NCBI GenBank assembly: GCA_003150035.1
Contig: QALR01000013.1
Coordinates: forward strand, 12,690 to 76,689
Source of the DNA: Clostridiales bacterium
Lineage (GTDB): Bacteria > Bacillota > Clostridia > Oscillospirales > CAG-272
Reading direction: 5' to 3'
Length of the DNA: 64,000 nucleotides
This document shows positions 10,029 through 19,614 of this stretch, one piece after another. The position numbers were made by a program, and so were the translations under genes. Within the stretch, counting starts at the first letter, position 1; every line of letters begins with the position of its first letter. The notes beneath the pieces were generated by a model that saw only the letters and a program-made list of their open reading frames with translations, made no database searches and had not been told where the DNA came from.

Positions 10029-10081
10029 ATCTGCCTCCTTTTTGCCGTATACGGCGTATGGGTCCGAACTTTTCTCCGGCC

Positions 10082-10336
10082 CTATTCAAAGATTATGGTT
10101 TCGATGATGCCGCGGAACATCAGCTTTTTTTCTCCCGCCCAACACATGATAAGTCCTTTGCCCGCCACTTGAAGATACCCTTCTCCCGTTTTGACACGGA
10201 TTCTCTCCCGGCTGTATTCGTCAATGCCGAGAACGCCCGTCACCAGCATTTCACACCGCTCGGCTATCTCGATCGTTTCATGGGGAAGAAGCGGCGCCCT
10301 CGGCGGTCTTTCGGCTTTTGTTTTCTTGATTTTCAT
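10082..10336 (-). CDS. yqfC: YabP/YqfC-family sporulation protein
   Basis: Small beta-rich protein (ERCEMLVTGVLGIDEYSRERIRVKTGEGYLQVAG). The start was set at the MKIKK ATG (10336), which has GGAGGT upstream. Confidence 0.75.
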   Translation of the reverse strand: MKIKKTKAERPPRAPLLPHETIEIAERCEMLVTGVLGIDEYSRERIRVKTGEGYLQVAGKGLIMCWAGEKKLMFRGIIETIIFE

Positions 10337-10598
10337 AAGTTGACCTCCGCCAGAAAAAATACCCGTTTGCGCCATGTCGGGGGATTTTTCCTGCATATTC
10401 CTGCATATACTGAAACTCGATAGAAGAAATCCGCTTTTTGATGCGGCGTCCCGGCTGGATACACGCTTTTTCTGTATACGTATCCGTGAGATTATGAGAA
10501 AAGTCTACTATAAAGGAAGAGCCTAGGGGATGGCGTCATCCCGGCGTGCGCAAATGAACTTCTCTGGCCTCGGGGGACTTTTCTTCTTTCCTATTTTT

Positions 10599-11708
10599 AT
10601 GCGGGAGGTGTCGTCAATAAAACCAAACAGAACGAGTTTTTCTGTCTTGCTCTTAGTCATGCTTTCTCTTTGGCTGATGGGCTTTTCCTTGTTTTCGCCG
10701 GATGTTGCCGCTGCGTCTGCCGTGCGTGCTCTCTCTCTTTGTGCGGGCTCGGTCGTGCCGTCGCTCGCCGTTTTTGTAATAGGTGCAAAAATTCTTATCA
10801 AGACAGGTTTTTGCGAGAAACTGGCGAGCTCCCCGATAAGACGCCTTTGTCCGTATCTCGGGATGTCCTGTGCAGGGTTTACCGTCTTTCTCATCGGTCT
10901 TGTTTCTGGCTTTCCGATGGGGGCAGTGACGGCATCCGAGCTCGTCCGGCGCGGGAGCATGACAAAGGAAGAGGCGAGAGCTCTCATGCCGTTTTGCAAC
11001 AATGCCGGCCCCGCCTTTGTTATCGGAACCGTTGGCGCCGCCTTTTTCGGTTCGGTACGAATCGGCGGAGCTTTGTTTGCTGCGCAGACAGCGGCATCCG
11101 TCACGGCGGTTCTTCTTACGGCAAAGAAGAGAAGGGCGGTCGTCTTTTTTTCCGCCACCGCTGCGTCTGCCTCTTCGCCGCAGACAAAAGAAGGGGCGGC
11201 GGCGCGTATTGTTGCCTCCTCCGTGGCAGAAGGGGCCGCGGCGCTGCTGTCCGTTTGCGGCTTTGTTGTTTTCTTTTCGGTGCTGTCGGACTCTTTGCTT
11301 TCGGCTTTTTTGGCGGTCAGATGGGAAATCCCATCGGTTTTCAGCGCTGCGTTGCGAGGACTTTTGGAGATTTCCGGCGGCTTCGCAGCACTTGGCGCGG
11401 TGCGAGAGCTTTCCCAACCTGTGCTATTTGCTCTGTCTGGGCTGATGCTTGGTTTTGGGGGGCTTTCCGTTTGGATGCAGGCGGCGGACCGCGCCAGCTC
11501 TGCGGACATTTCTTTAACGGGATATTTGACCGGCAAAGGGCTTTGCGCCTTACTTTGTGCGTTTTTTGCCGTTCTTTTCGGCGCTCCTCCATGGAAAATT
11601 CCGGCAGCGTTTGCCGTGATTTTGGTGATTTTTTTGGGGCTCAGTGCCTTTTTTGCTGTCAACTATATAAAAAATCAGGGATTTTTCAAAAAAAGGGTGG
11701 AAAAATAG
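10599..11708 (+). CDS. ylbJ: sporulation integral membrane protein YlbJ-like (nucleoside-recognition/Gate domains); start uncertain (10530 or 10599)
   Basis: Polytopic membrane protein with VSGFPMGA and NNAGPAFVIGTVG motifs typical of YlbJ. Confidence 0.55.
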   Translation: MREVSSIKPNRTSFSVLLLVMLSLWLMGFSLFSPDVAAASAVRALSLCAGSVVPSLAVFVIGAKILIKTGFCEKLASSPIRRLCPYLGMSCAGFTVFLIGLVSGFPMGAVTASELVRRGSMTKEEARALMPFCNNAGPAFVIGTVGAAFFGSVRIGGALFAAQTAASVTAVLLTAKKRRAVVFFSATAASASSPQTKEGAAARIVASSVAEGAAALLSVCGFVVFFSVLSDSLLSAFLAVRWEIPSVFSAALRGLLEISGGFAALGAVRELSQPVLFALSGLMLGFGGLSVWMQAADRASSADISLTGYLTGKGLCALLCAFFAVLFGAPPWKIPAAFAVILVIFLGLSAFFAVNYIKNQGFFKKRVEK

Positions 11709-11758
11709 AAAGAGTTGCTGTATAATAGGAGCGTAAAAAATGGCGGGGAGGGGATATT

Positions 11759-11989
11759 GTGTTCGGGAAACAAACACCGGAAGAAAAAGCGGAATTAGAA
11801 AAATTTTGTGCCTTCTGTGAGTTTGGAACGCCGGTCCCCGGCGTGGACGGCGATGTGATTTGCATCAAGAAAGGTGTTGTCAAAGAAGATTTCGTTTGCC
11901 GTCGTTTCCGGTATGACCCTCTGAAACGAGATCCGAAGCAAAAGCCGCCTCTTCCCGAACTGGAAGCGGTGTCGCTTGATGATGACTGA
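11759..11989 (+). CDS. small hypothetical protein with a CxxC...C...C pattern
   Basis: 76-aa ORF with a GTG start. Its stop overlaps the mutS2 start region. Confidence 0.4.
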   Translation: MFGKQTPEEKAELEKFCAFCEFGTPVPGVDGDVICIKKGVVKEDFVCRRFRYDPLKRDPKQKPPLPELEAVSLDDD

Positions 11990-14396
11990 AAATATGGAGC
12001 AGAAAAAAAGCTTTGAGCGGGCGTGTGTCACGCTCGAATTCGATAAAGTCAAAGAAATGCTTGCCGCTGTCTGTCCGACGGAGGGGGCAAAAAAGCTTGC
12101 GGCGGCGCTGTACCCGTCGCGCACATTGCATACGGTGCGCCGTATGCTTGCCGAAACGGATGCGGCAAAGGCGATGCAGACCGTGAAAGGGATGCCTCCA
12201 TTTTACGGGATCGCTGATATTACGAACGCCGTGGACAGAGCGGACAAAGGGGCCGTGCTCACGCCAAAAGAAATCCTTGATGTCGGACGCACGCTCACGG
12301 CAGCGCGTGCCGTGCAGGCGTACCGAAACGCCGATCATACGGAGAAGACGGCGCTTGACGAATATTTTGTGCGCCTTTCCCAGAATAAGTTTTTGGAAGA
12401 TAAAATTGAACGCTGCTTTGTCGGCGAGGAGGCCTTTTCCGACAACGCCAGCGAAACCTTATACGACATCCGGCGCAAAATGCGCGCGGAAAACGCAAAA
12501 ATCCGGGACAGCCTGCAAAAATACATTACCGGAAGCACATATGTGAAGTTTTTGCAGGAGCCGATTGTCACCATGCGGGATGGACGGTACGTCATTCCGG
12601 TGAAGCAGGAATACCGCGGTGAAATCAAGGGCCTTGTCCATGATACCTCGGCGTCGGGCGCGACGCTTTTTATAGAGCCTCTTTCCGTTGTGGAGTCCAA
12701 CAATGAGCTGCGGCTGCTTGAGCGCCGTGAGGCGGATGAAATCGAGCGGATCCTCGCCGAGCTTTCTGCAGACATTGCGGCATGCGCAGCAAAGCTTGCC
12801 GAGAACTATCGGAATCTGACTTTGCTTGCTTTCATTTTCGGAAAAAGTCAGCTTTCCTTTCGCATGGAGGGCATGGCGCCGGAAATGACGGAAAAAAAAG
12901 AGATCTGCCTTATCCGCGCACGCCATCCTCTGATTTCATCGGATACCGTTGTTCCGATTACCGTAAGGCTTGGCGGGGACTTTGATACGCTTGTGATTAC
13001 AGGCCCGAATACGGGAGGCAAAACGGTGACGCTGAAAACGCTCGGCTTGTTTTCTCTCATGGCGCAGGCGGGACTGCACATCCCGGTGTCAGACGGCTCT
13101 GCCCTCGGCGTTTTTGACGACATTCTCGCGGATATCGGCGATGAGCAGAGCATTGAGCAGTCGCTTTCCACGTTTTCCTCTCACATGGTGAATATCGTGG
13201 AGATTTTGAGGCGTGTGGGGGAACGCTCCCTGGTTTTGTTTGACGAGGTAGGCGCCGGCACGGACCCCGTCGAGGGCGCGGCGCTTGCGGTTTCGATTTT
13301 GGAGGCGGTGCGGGAGCGTGGCGCGCTGTGTGCCGCGACGACGCATTATGCGGAGCTTAAATCTTACGCGCTAAACACGGAGGGCGTGTGCAACGCGTCC
13401 TGCGAATTCGATGTGGAGACTCTGCGGCCGACCTATCGGCTGATTATCGGGACTCCCGGCAAATCCAATGCGTTTGCCATTTCCCGCAAGCTTGGCCTGC
13501 CCGACGATATCATTTCCCGGGCGCAGGGATATGTTTCCGGGGAGAGCCGGCGGTTCGAGTCTGTCATCGAACGGCTGGAGGCGGAGCGGGTCGCTATGGA
13601 AAAAGCCAAGGCCGAGGCACAGGCTCTGCTTGACGCAGCACGTACGAAAAAAGCGGAAATGGATGATTTTGTCGAAAAACGCGAACGCGAGGCGGAAAAG
13701 GAACTGGAAAAGGCGCGCGCGTCCGCTGTGCGGATGGTAGAAAGCGCCAAGGCATCGAGCGAATTTATCTTTGAACAGCTGGAGAAGGTCAAGCGCGAGC
13801 GGGAAAGCGAAAATCTGGCGAAAACCCTTGAGCAGGCGAAACGCGATATCAAGCTTCATCTGAAAGAGAACAGTGACAGCTTGGATCCCGTAAGTCCCAA
13901 AGTCGTCGAGAACTATGTCTTGCCGCGACCGCTGAAAAAGGGGGACGAGGTCATCCTCGTGAGCATTGGGAAGCGCGGCGTTCTTCTTTCCGACCCGGAC
14001 AAGAACGGGAATGTCACCGTGCAGGCAGGAATCATCAAAACCAAAACCAATGTGAAAAATCTGATGCTCATCGACGGGGTGAGCGTGACCTTTACCGATA
14101 AGAACAGAAAAAAAGCGCCGGTGAAAAGCATGGGGGACCGTGTGACGGCAGCGTTCAATCCGGAGCTTGATCTTCGAGGCAATTACGCGGACGACGCATG
14201 TCTTCTGCTCGACCGCTTTCTTGATGACGCGATGCGTGCCGGCGTGACGCAGGTGCGTATCATTCACGGCAAGGGCACCGGCGTCCTGCGGCGCGCCGTG
14301 ACGGATTTTCTGCGGCGTGACGTAAGAGTTGCCTCCGTGCGCTGCGGCGCCGTCGGAGAGGGAGATACGGGCGTTGCTATCGCCGAACTGAAATAA
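11979..14396 (+). CDS. mutS2: endonuclease MutS2
   Basis: Walker A GPNTGGKT, DEVGAGTDP, a long coiled-coil, and a C-terminal Smr domain (LDLRG ... IIHGKGTGVLR). Confidence 0.92.
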   Translation: MMTENMEQKKSFERACVTLEFDKVKEMLAAVCPTEGAKKLAAALYPSRTLHTVRRMLAETDAAKAMQTVKGMPPFYGIADITNAVDRADKGAVLTPKEILDVGRTLTAARAVQAYRNADHTEKTALDEYFVRLSQNKFLEDKIERCFVGEEAFSDNASETLYDIRRKMRAENAKIRDSLQKYITGSTYVKFLQEPIVTMRDGRYVIPVKQEYRGEIKGLVHDTSASGATLFIEPLSVVESNNELRLLERREADEIERILAELSADIAACAAKLAENYRNLTLLAFIFGKSQLSFRMEGMAPEMTEKKEICLIRARHPLISSDTVVPITVRLGGDFDTLVITGPNTGGKTVTLKTLGLFSLMAQAGLHIPVSDGSALGVFDDILADIGDEQSIEQSLSTFSSHMVNIVEILRRVGERSLVLFDEVGAGTDPVEGAALAVSILEAVRERGALCAATTHYAELKSYALNTEGVCNASCEFDVETLRPTYRLIIGTPGKSNAFAISRKLGLPDDIISRAQGYVSGESRRFESVIERLEAERVAMEKAKAEAQALLDAARTKKAEMDDFVEKREREAEKELEKARASAVRMVESAKASSEFIFEQLEKVKRERESENLAKTLEQAKRDIKLHLKENSDSLDPVSPKVVENYVLPRPLKKGDEVILVSIGKRGVLLSDPDKNGNVTVQAGIIKTKTNVKNLMLIDGVSVTFTDKNRKKAPVKSMGDRVTAAFNPELDLRGNYADDACLLLDRFLDDAMRAGVTQVRIIHGKGTGVLRRAVTDFLRRDVRVASVRCGAVGEGDTGVAIAELK

Positions 14397-14497
14397 TTGG
14401 CAAAACCGGCAGGCATCCTCCGCGAGGAGCGGAGAGCCGTGCCGGAACGGACGACATAGATTTTCCATAAAATTATGAATCGAAAGGATACATAAGC

Positions 14498-15982
14498 ATG
14501 AAAAAACTAAAAATGCTTGCCGTGGATCTCGGTGCATCGAGCGGCCGCGGCATTGTCGGCGCCTTTGACGGAAATCGCTTCACGCTAGAAGAAAATCATC
14601 GCTTTCCCAATGAGCCCGTTATGGTTTCCGGACAGTTTACCTGGGATATTCTGCGTATTTTCCACGAGATAAAAATGTCTCTGCGCGCCTGTGCACAGGG
14701 AAACGACCGAGACATTGCCTCCGTCGGGATCGATACCTGGGGCGTGGATTTCGGGTTCCTCGACAAAAAAGGGCATCTGCTTTCCAATCCCGTTCATTAT
14801 CGCGACACCCGCACGGCGGGCATCCCTGCCTATTCGGCGGAAAAGGTCCCGAGTGATGAGGTCTATGGGATCACGGGCATTCAGGTGCTGGAGCTCAATT
14901 CTCTCTATCAGCTTTTAGCGATTCAAAAGGACACGCCGGAGCTTTTCGATATTGTTTCGGACATGCTGTTTGTCCCGGATCTGCTCAACTATTTCCTTAC
15001 GGGTTACAAACAGACGGAATATACCATTGCTTCCACAAGTCAGCTCCTGAATGCAAAAACGCGCGACTGGTCTTGGGAGCTGATTGAAAAATTCGGGCTT
15101 CCGGAAAAGCTGTTCGGCAGCATTGTCTCGCCGGGCACGGTCTGCGGCACGCTTACCCCGTCGCTTGCCGAGGAATTCGGCGGGCTGAATCCGAAGGTGA
15201 TTTCTGTTGCCGAGCACGACACGGGAAGCGCGGTTCTTGCCGTTCCCGCGAAAAATGAAAAATTTATCTGGCTTTCCTCCGGCACATGGTCCATTATGGG
15301 AACGGAAACGAAAGAGCCGGTTATCAGTGAAAAAACCAGAAGCTATAATTTTACCAACGAAGGCGGATATGGCGGAACCATCCGGTTTTCTAAAAATATC
15401 ACGGGGCTTTGGGTCGAGCAGGAGTCCCGCCGTCAATGGGAGCGCGAGGGAGAAAAGGTGTCCTTCCAAGAGCTTGCCGATGTGGCGGCGGCGGCGGAAC
15501 CGCTGCGCTGCTTCATCGACACCGACGACGCGCGTTTTGCAACGCCGGGCAACCTGCCGCGCCGTATCGCGGATTATTGCCGTGAAACCGGACAGTATGT
15601 TCCGCAGACAAAAGGAGAGATTGTACGCTGCATTCTGGAAAGTCTTGCGATGCGGTACCGTTATACAGTGGAATGTATCGACGAGATGTGCGGCGAGAGA
15701 ATCCCGGCTATCAACATCGTCGGCGGCGGAACCAAAGAGGATCAGCTTTCGCAGTTTGCGGCGACCGCGTGCGGACGGCCCGTATTTGCGGGGCCTGTTG
15801 AGGCGACGGCGCTTGGAAATATTGCGGCACAGACGATCGCGCTCGGAGAGATACGGGATATGTGGCAGGCAAGAGAGGTCATCGCGGATTCCTTTGAGGT
15901 AAAGGAATATGAACCCGAAGCGGATAAAAAAGGCGCGTGGGACGAAGCATACGGCCGTTTCCTCTCGCTTATCAAAGCATAA
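14498..15982 (+). CDS. rhaB: rhamnulokinase
   Basis: FGGY-kinase N-terminus AVDLGASSGR and overall RhaB-like sequence. Adjacent to rhaA. Confidence 0.85.
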   Translation: MKKLKMLAVDLGASSGRGIVGAFDGNRFTLEENHRFPNEPVMVSGQFTWDILRIFHEIKMSLRACAQGNDRDIASVGIDTWGVDFGFLDKKGHLLSNPVHYRDTRTAGIPAYSAEKVPSDEVYGITGIQVLELNSLYQLLAIQKDTPELFDIVSDMLFVPDLLNYFLTGYKQTEYTIASTSQLLNAKTRDWSWELIEKFGLPEKLFGSIVSPGTVCGTLTPSLAEEFGGLNPKVISVAEHDTGSAVLAVPAKNEKFIWLSSGTWSIMGTETKEPVISEKTRSYNFTNEGGYGGTIRFSKNITGLWVEQESRRQWEREGEKVSFQELADVAAAAEPLRCFIDTDDARFATPGNLPRRIADYCRETGQYVPQTKGEIVRCILESLAMRYRYTVECIDEMCGERIPAINIVGGGTKEDQLSQFAATACGRPVFAGPVEATALGNIAAQTIALGEIRDMWQAREVIADSFEVKEYEPEADKKGAWDEAYGRFLSLIKA

Positions 15983-16011
15983 AATGATTTGTTCTGAAAG
16001 GAATTGATAGT

Positions 16012-17262
16012 ATGGCAAACAAGGCATATGAACTGGCAAAAGAGGCATACGCGGCAATCGGCGTCAATACCGAGGCCGCCATGGAGCGTGTGAAAAATAT
16101 TCCGGTTTCCATCCACTGTTGGCAGGGGGATGATGTGCGCGGTTTTGAGAATCCGGATGGGGATCTGACCGGCGGCATTCAAACGACCGGAAACTATCCC
16201 GGACGCGCTCGCACGATTTCGGAGCTTCGCTCGGATATTGAAAAGGCGTTTTCGCTGATTCCTGGCACAAAGCGGCTCAGCCTGCACGCAATCTATCTTG
16301 ACAATCTCGGCGAGAAGGTCGCGAGAAATAAAATCGAGCCGAAGCATTTCGCAAGCTGGATCAATTGGGCAAAGGAGCGCCGCGTGGGTCTGGACTTTAA
16401 TCCGACCTGCTTCTCTCATGAGATGAGCGCGGACGGCTTTACGCTCAGCCATCCGAGCAAAGCGGTGCGCGATTTCTGGATTGAGCACTGCATTGCGTCG
16501 AGAAAAATCGCCGAATATATCGGCAGAGAAATGAACGATACGACGGTGACCAACTATTGGGTCCCCGACGGCTTCAAGGATATTCCGGTGGACCGCTACG
16601 GCGCGCGCGAACGTCTTGTCGACTCGCTCGACCAGATTTTTGCGGGAGATGTCGACACTAAGCATAACCTCAATGGGGTGGAGAGCAAGGTGTTCGGCAT
16701 CGGCGCGGAGAGCTGCACCATCGGCTCGCATGAATTCTATATGGGTTATGCGATGAAGAATAAGCTGCTTCTCACGCTAGATGCGGGGCATTATCATCCG
16801 ACGGAGGTCATTTCCGATAAGATATCGTCTGTTTTGCTGTATCTTGACGACATTTTGCTGCATGTGTCGCGTCCTGTACGTTGGGATTCTGACCATGTCG
16901 TGATTCTTGACGATGAGCTTCGCGCGATTGCACAGGAGATACTCCGCAATCATTTTGAGGGGCGCGTCCATATCGGACTCGACTATTTTGATGCCTCTAT
17001 CAACCGCATTGCGGCATGGGCAATCGGTTCGCGCAATATGCAAAAGGCGTTGCTGTTCGCTGCGCTTGAGCCGACGGAAAAGCTGCGTGAATGCGAACAT
17101 TCCTTCGATTATACGACGAGACTTGCCGTGCTTGAGGAGATGAAAACGATGCCTTTTGGTGCCGTCTGGGCGGAATACTGCGAGCGCTGCGGCGTTCCCG
17201 CCGGCATGGAATGGCTGGACGACGTCAGAAAATATGAAAAGGATGTATTATCAAAGCGTTGA
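16012..17262 (+). CDS. rhaA: L-rhamnose isomerase
   Basis: Characteristic N-terminus ([17 protein letters not shown]), about 416 aa. Confidence 0.9.
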   Translation: MANKAYELAKEAYAAIGVNTEAAMERVKNIPVSIHCWQGDDVRGFENPDGDLTGGIQTTGNYPGRARTISELRSDIEKAFSLIPGTKRLSLHAIYLDNLGEKVARNKIEPKHFASWINWAKERRVGLDFNPTCFSHEMSADGFTLSHPSKAVRDFWIEHCIASRKIAEYIGREMNDTTVTNYWVPDGFKDIPVDRYGARERLVDSLDQIFAGDVDTKHNLNGVESKVFGIGAESCTIGSHEFYMGYAMKNKLLLTLDAGHYHPTEVISDKISSVLLYLDDILLHVSRPVRWDSDHVVILDDELRAIAQEILRNHFEGRVHIGLDYFDASINRIAAWAIGSRNMQKALLFAALEPTEKLRECEHSFDYTTRLAVLEEMKTMPFGAVWAEYCERCGVPAGMEWLDDVRKYEKDVLSKR

Positions 17263-17312
17263 CAAGATAAAATAACTGTGTAAATTTTCGAAGAAAAGGA
17301 TACGGTTATTTT

Positions 17313-18482
17313 ATGAAAAATTTGCACAGGAAATCATTTCGCGTATGGGGGGCGGCCCTTCTCGCGTCGGCGTTTCTCGCGTCGCTTGTTTCCTGTGCAT
17401 TTTCCGGTTCGAAGGGAGTTTATACGCAGGCATTCGGGCTGCATTTTCTGAAAGAAGAAGCGGCCCCGGTAAGGGTGACCTTTGCTGCCGCCGGGGATAA
17501 CCTTATCCATTCCAGTATTTATAAAGAGGCATGTGCCGGGAGCGGCTATGATTTCTCCCCGGTTTACACCGAGATATCCGATTTTATTTCTTCCTTCGAT
17601 GTTGCCTTTGTCAATCAGGAAACACCGCTTGGCGCAGAGAATTTTTCGGGATATCCAAGATTCTGTTCGCCTTTTGAGGTCGCTGACGCGCTTGCGGGCG
17701 CGGGCTTTGATGTTGTGAACCTCGCGAATAACCACATGCTCGATCGCGGCGAGCAGGGGCTTCGCCGAACCAGGGAATACCTTGAAAACACGGTCGAGCT
17801 TGTCGTCGGAGGAGACGCCGACGGATATCGGATCCTTGAGCGGGAAGGAATCAAAATCGCTTTTCTTGCCTATACCTATTCGACAAACTGCGACGACAAT
17901 ATCGATGTGCCGCGCATATCCGAGGAGCGGATACGCCGGCAGGTGACGCAGGCGCGCGAGGCGGCGGATCTTGTTTTTGTCTCCATGCACTGGGGTGTTG
18001 AATATGATATCGGTGAATATGTCGAGTGTTTTCATCCCACGACGGCTCAAATCCAAATGGCAGAACTCCTGACGGAGCTTGGTGTGGATGTTGTCATCGG
18101 CACACATCCGCATGTTTTGGAAGGGATCGAGTGGAAAACTGCATCCGACGGACACAGAACGCTTATCGCCTATTCTCTCGGCAACCTTGTTTCCAATATG
18201 CGGTTCGATAAAACCCTGCTCGGCGGCATTTTGACTCTTGACATAATCAAAAATAAGGATTACACTTATATAAATAGGGCGCAAATTTATCCGGTTGTTT
18301 GCCATTATTCGACGGCATACACGGGGCACAAAATCTATTTTCTTCGCGATTATACGGATACCCTTGCGAAATCCCATGGAACCTGTCTGCAGCAGAACGA
18401 GAAACCATTTGGCAGGGAGACGCTTATCGCATATTATGAAAACAATATTCCGCCGGAGTTCCGGCCGGAGCATTACGCATAA
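17313..18482 (+). CDS. CapA-family (PGA_cap metallophosphatase-like) lipoprotein
   Basis: Lipobox LVSC after a signal peptide. Motifs GDNL, NLANNH, HWGVEY and GTHPH. Confidence 0.75.
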   Translation: MKNLHRKSFRVWGAALLASAFLASLVSCAFSGSKGVYTQAFGLHFLKEEAAPVRVTFAAAGDNLIHSSIYKEACAGSGYDFSPVYTEISDFISSFDVAFVNQETPLGAENFSGYPRFCSPFEVADALAGAGFDVVNLANNHMLDRGEQGLRRTREYLENTVELVVGGDADGYRILEREGIKIAFLAYTYSTNCDDNIDVPRISEERIRRQVTQAREAADLVFVSMHWGVEYDIGEYVECFHPTTAQIQMAELLTELGVDVVIGTHPHVLEGIEWKTASDGHRTLIAYSLGNLVSNMRFDKTLLGGILTLDIIKNKDYTYINRAQIYPVVCHYSTAYTGHKIYFLRDYTDTLAKSHGTCLQQNEKPFGRETLIAYYENNIPPEFRPEHYA

Positions 18483-18498
18483 AAAAGGAGACGGAAAA

Positions 18499-19554
18499 AT
18501 GATCAATTTGGAAAAAGAAATCCGAGAACAGCCTGCGGTGCTTGCCGGCGTCGCGGCGGCAAATCTTGATACGATACGCGCGCTTGTGGATGAAATCCGT
18601 GCGGCGGATATCACGAATGTTCAGTTTGCGGCAAGGGGGACCTCTGATCATGCGGCGATCTTTGCGCAGTATTTGATCCATACGGTTGTCGGCGTTCCCT
18701 GCGGGCTTGCCACGCCCTCTGTCATTTCCAAATATCACGGAAAGCTTGCCTTTGAAAAAACATTGGTTATCGGGATCTCTCAGTCTGGCAAGGCGGCGGA
18801 CGCGCTTGCGGTTATCGAGCGCGCGAACCAGACAGGGGCCTTGACGGTAGCGGTTACGAACGACGCAGCCTCGCCGCTTGCTAGAACTGCCAAATATCAT
18901 TTGTATTGCCATGCGGGGCCCGAAACCAGCATTGCGGCAACAAAAACCTTTACCTCTCAGATGATGGCATTGGCACTGCTTGCCGCCGTGTGGGCAGGGG
19001 ACGAAAGCTTGCTCGCGGCACTCGCCGGCGTTTCCGGCGACGTAGAAAAGCTGCTTACATATATGCCGGAAAAGCTGTCGCAGGTCGTAAAGGCGTATGA
19101 GACTATGCAGGCAGCTGTCGTGCTTGGCCGCGGTTTTGCTTATCCCATGGCCTGCGAGGGAACTCTGAAAATTTTGGAAACCAACGGAATCAAAATGCGC
19201 GGGTACGCGGTGTCTGATTTTCATCACGGACCGAAGGCGCAGATCCATCCCGGGGACGTCGCGATTGTCCTTGCGCTGCGCGGCGCAGTCATGGACGACG
19301 CGGTGGAAATGACCGAAGAACTTCTGAAAATCGGCGCGAAGGTCATTCTCATTACGGATGACGACTCTCTCTCGGAGAGGGAAAACATTTGCGTGCTGCG
19401 TATACCGAACAGCACGACATATTCCGTGCCCGATGCGCTCTCTGCCTTTTCCGCCGCTGTGACGCTGCAATTGTTTGCGCTCGAGCTAGTGCTCGCGCGC
19501 GGAATTGATCCTGATGCCTCGAAAGTGCTGAAAAAAGTTACGATTACAGTTTAA
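18499..19554 (+). CDS. SIS-domain sugar-phosphate isomerase/deglycase-like protein (two SIS repeats)
   Basis: GlmS C-terminal-like sequence (ARGTSDHAA, GISQSGKAAD). The start was set at the MINLEK ATG with AAGGAG upstream, because the longer ORF would overlap the CapA gene. Confidence 0.75.
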   Translation: MINLEKEIREQPAVLAGVAAANLDTIRALVDEIRAADITNVQFAARGTSDHAAIFAQYLIHTVVGVPCGLATPSVISKYHGKLAFEKTLVIGISQSGKAADALAVIERANQTGALTVAVTNDAASPLARTAKYHLYCHAGPETSIAATKTFTSQMMALALLAAVWAGDESLLAALAGVSGDVEKLLTYMPEKLSQVVKAYETMQAAVVLGRGFAYPMACEGTLKILETNGIKMRGYAVSDFHHGPKAQIHPGDVAIVLALRGAVMDDAVEMTEELLKIGAKVILITDDDSLSERENICVLRIPNSTTYSVPDALSAFSAAVTLQLFALELVLARGIDPDASKVLKKVTITV

Positions 19555-19614
19555 TAAAGCGCTGTATTTGATATCAAAATATGCGGCAATGTGCCGTACG
19601 GAAGGAGAAAAGAA

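Noticed and set aside
10523-11725. Two very long ORFs (379 aa on the minus strand, 351 aa on the plus strand) overlapping the ylbJ-like gene
   Set aside because: Their translations are Arg/Pro/Ala/Gly-rich and low-complexity, typical of shadow frames in GC-rich coding DNA. The 10530/10599 frame gives a coherent polytopic membrane protein with family motifs.
18295-18498. N-terminal 68-aa extension of the SIS-protein ORF
   Set aside because: The extension overlaps the end of the CapA-like gene in another frame and is basic and low-complexity. A strong AAGGAG lies just upstream of the internal ATG at 18499, where family similarity begins.
13371-19470. A series of long antisense ORFs (13371-14537, 14915-16057, 15742-16731, 17334-18614, 18424-19470, all on the minus strand)
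   Set aside because: Each lies opposite a confidently identified gene (mutS2, rhaB, rhaA, CapA-like, SIS). They have Arg/Cys/His-rich nonsense-like composition and no ribosome-binding sites.
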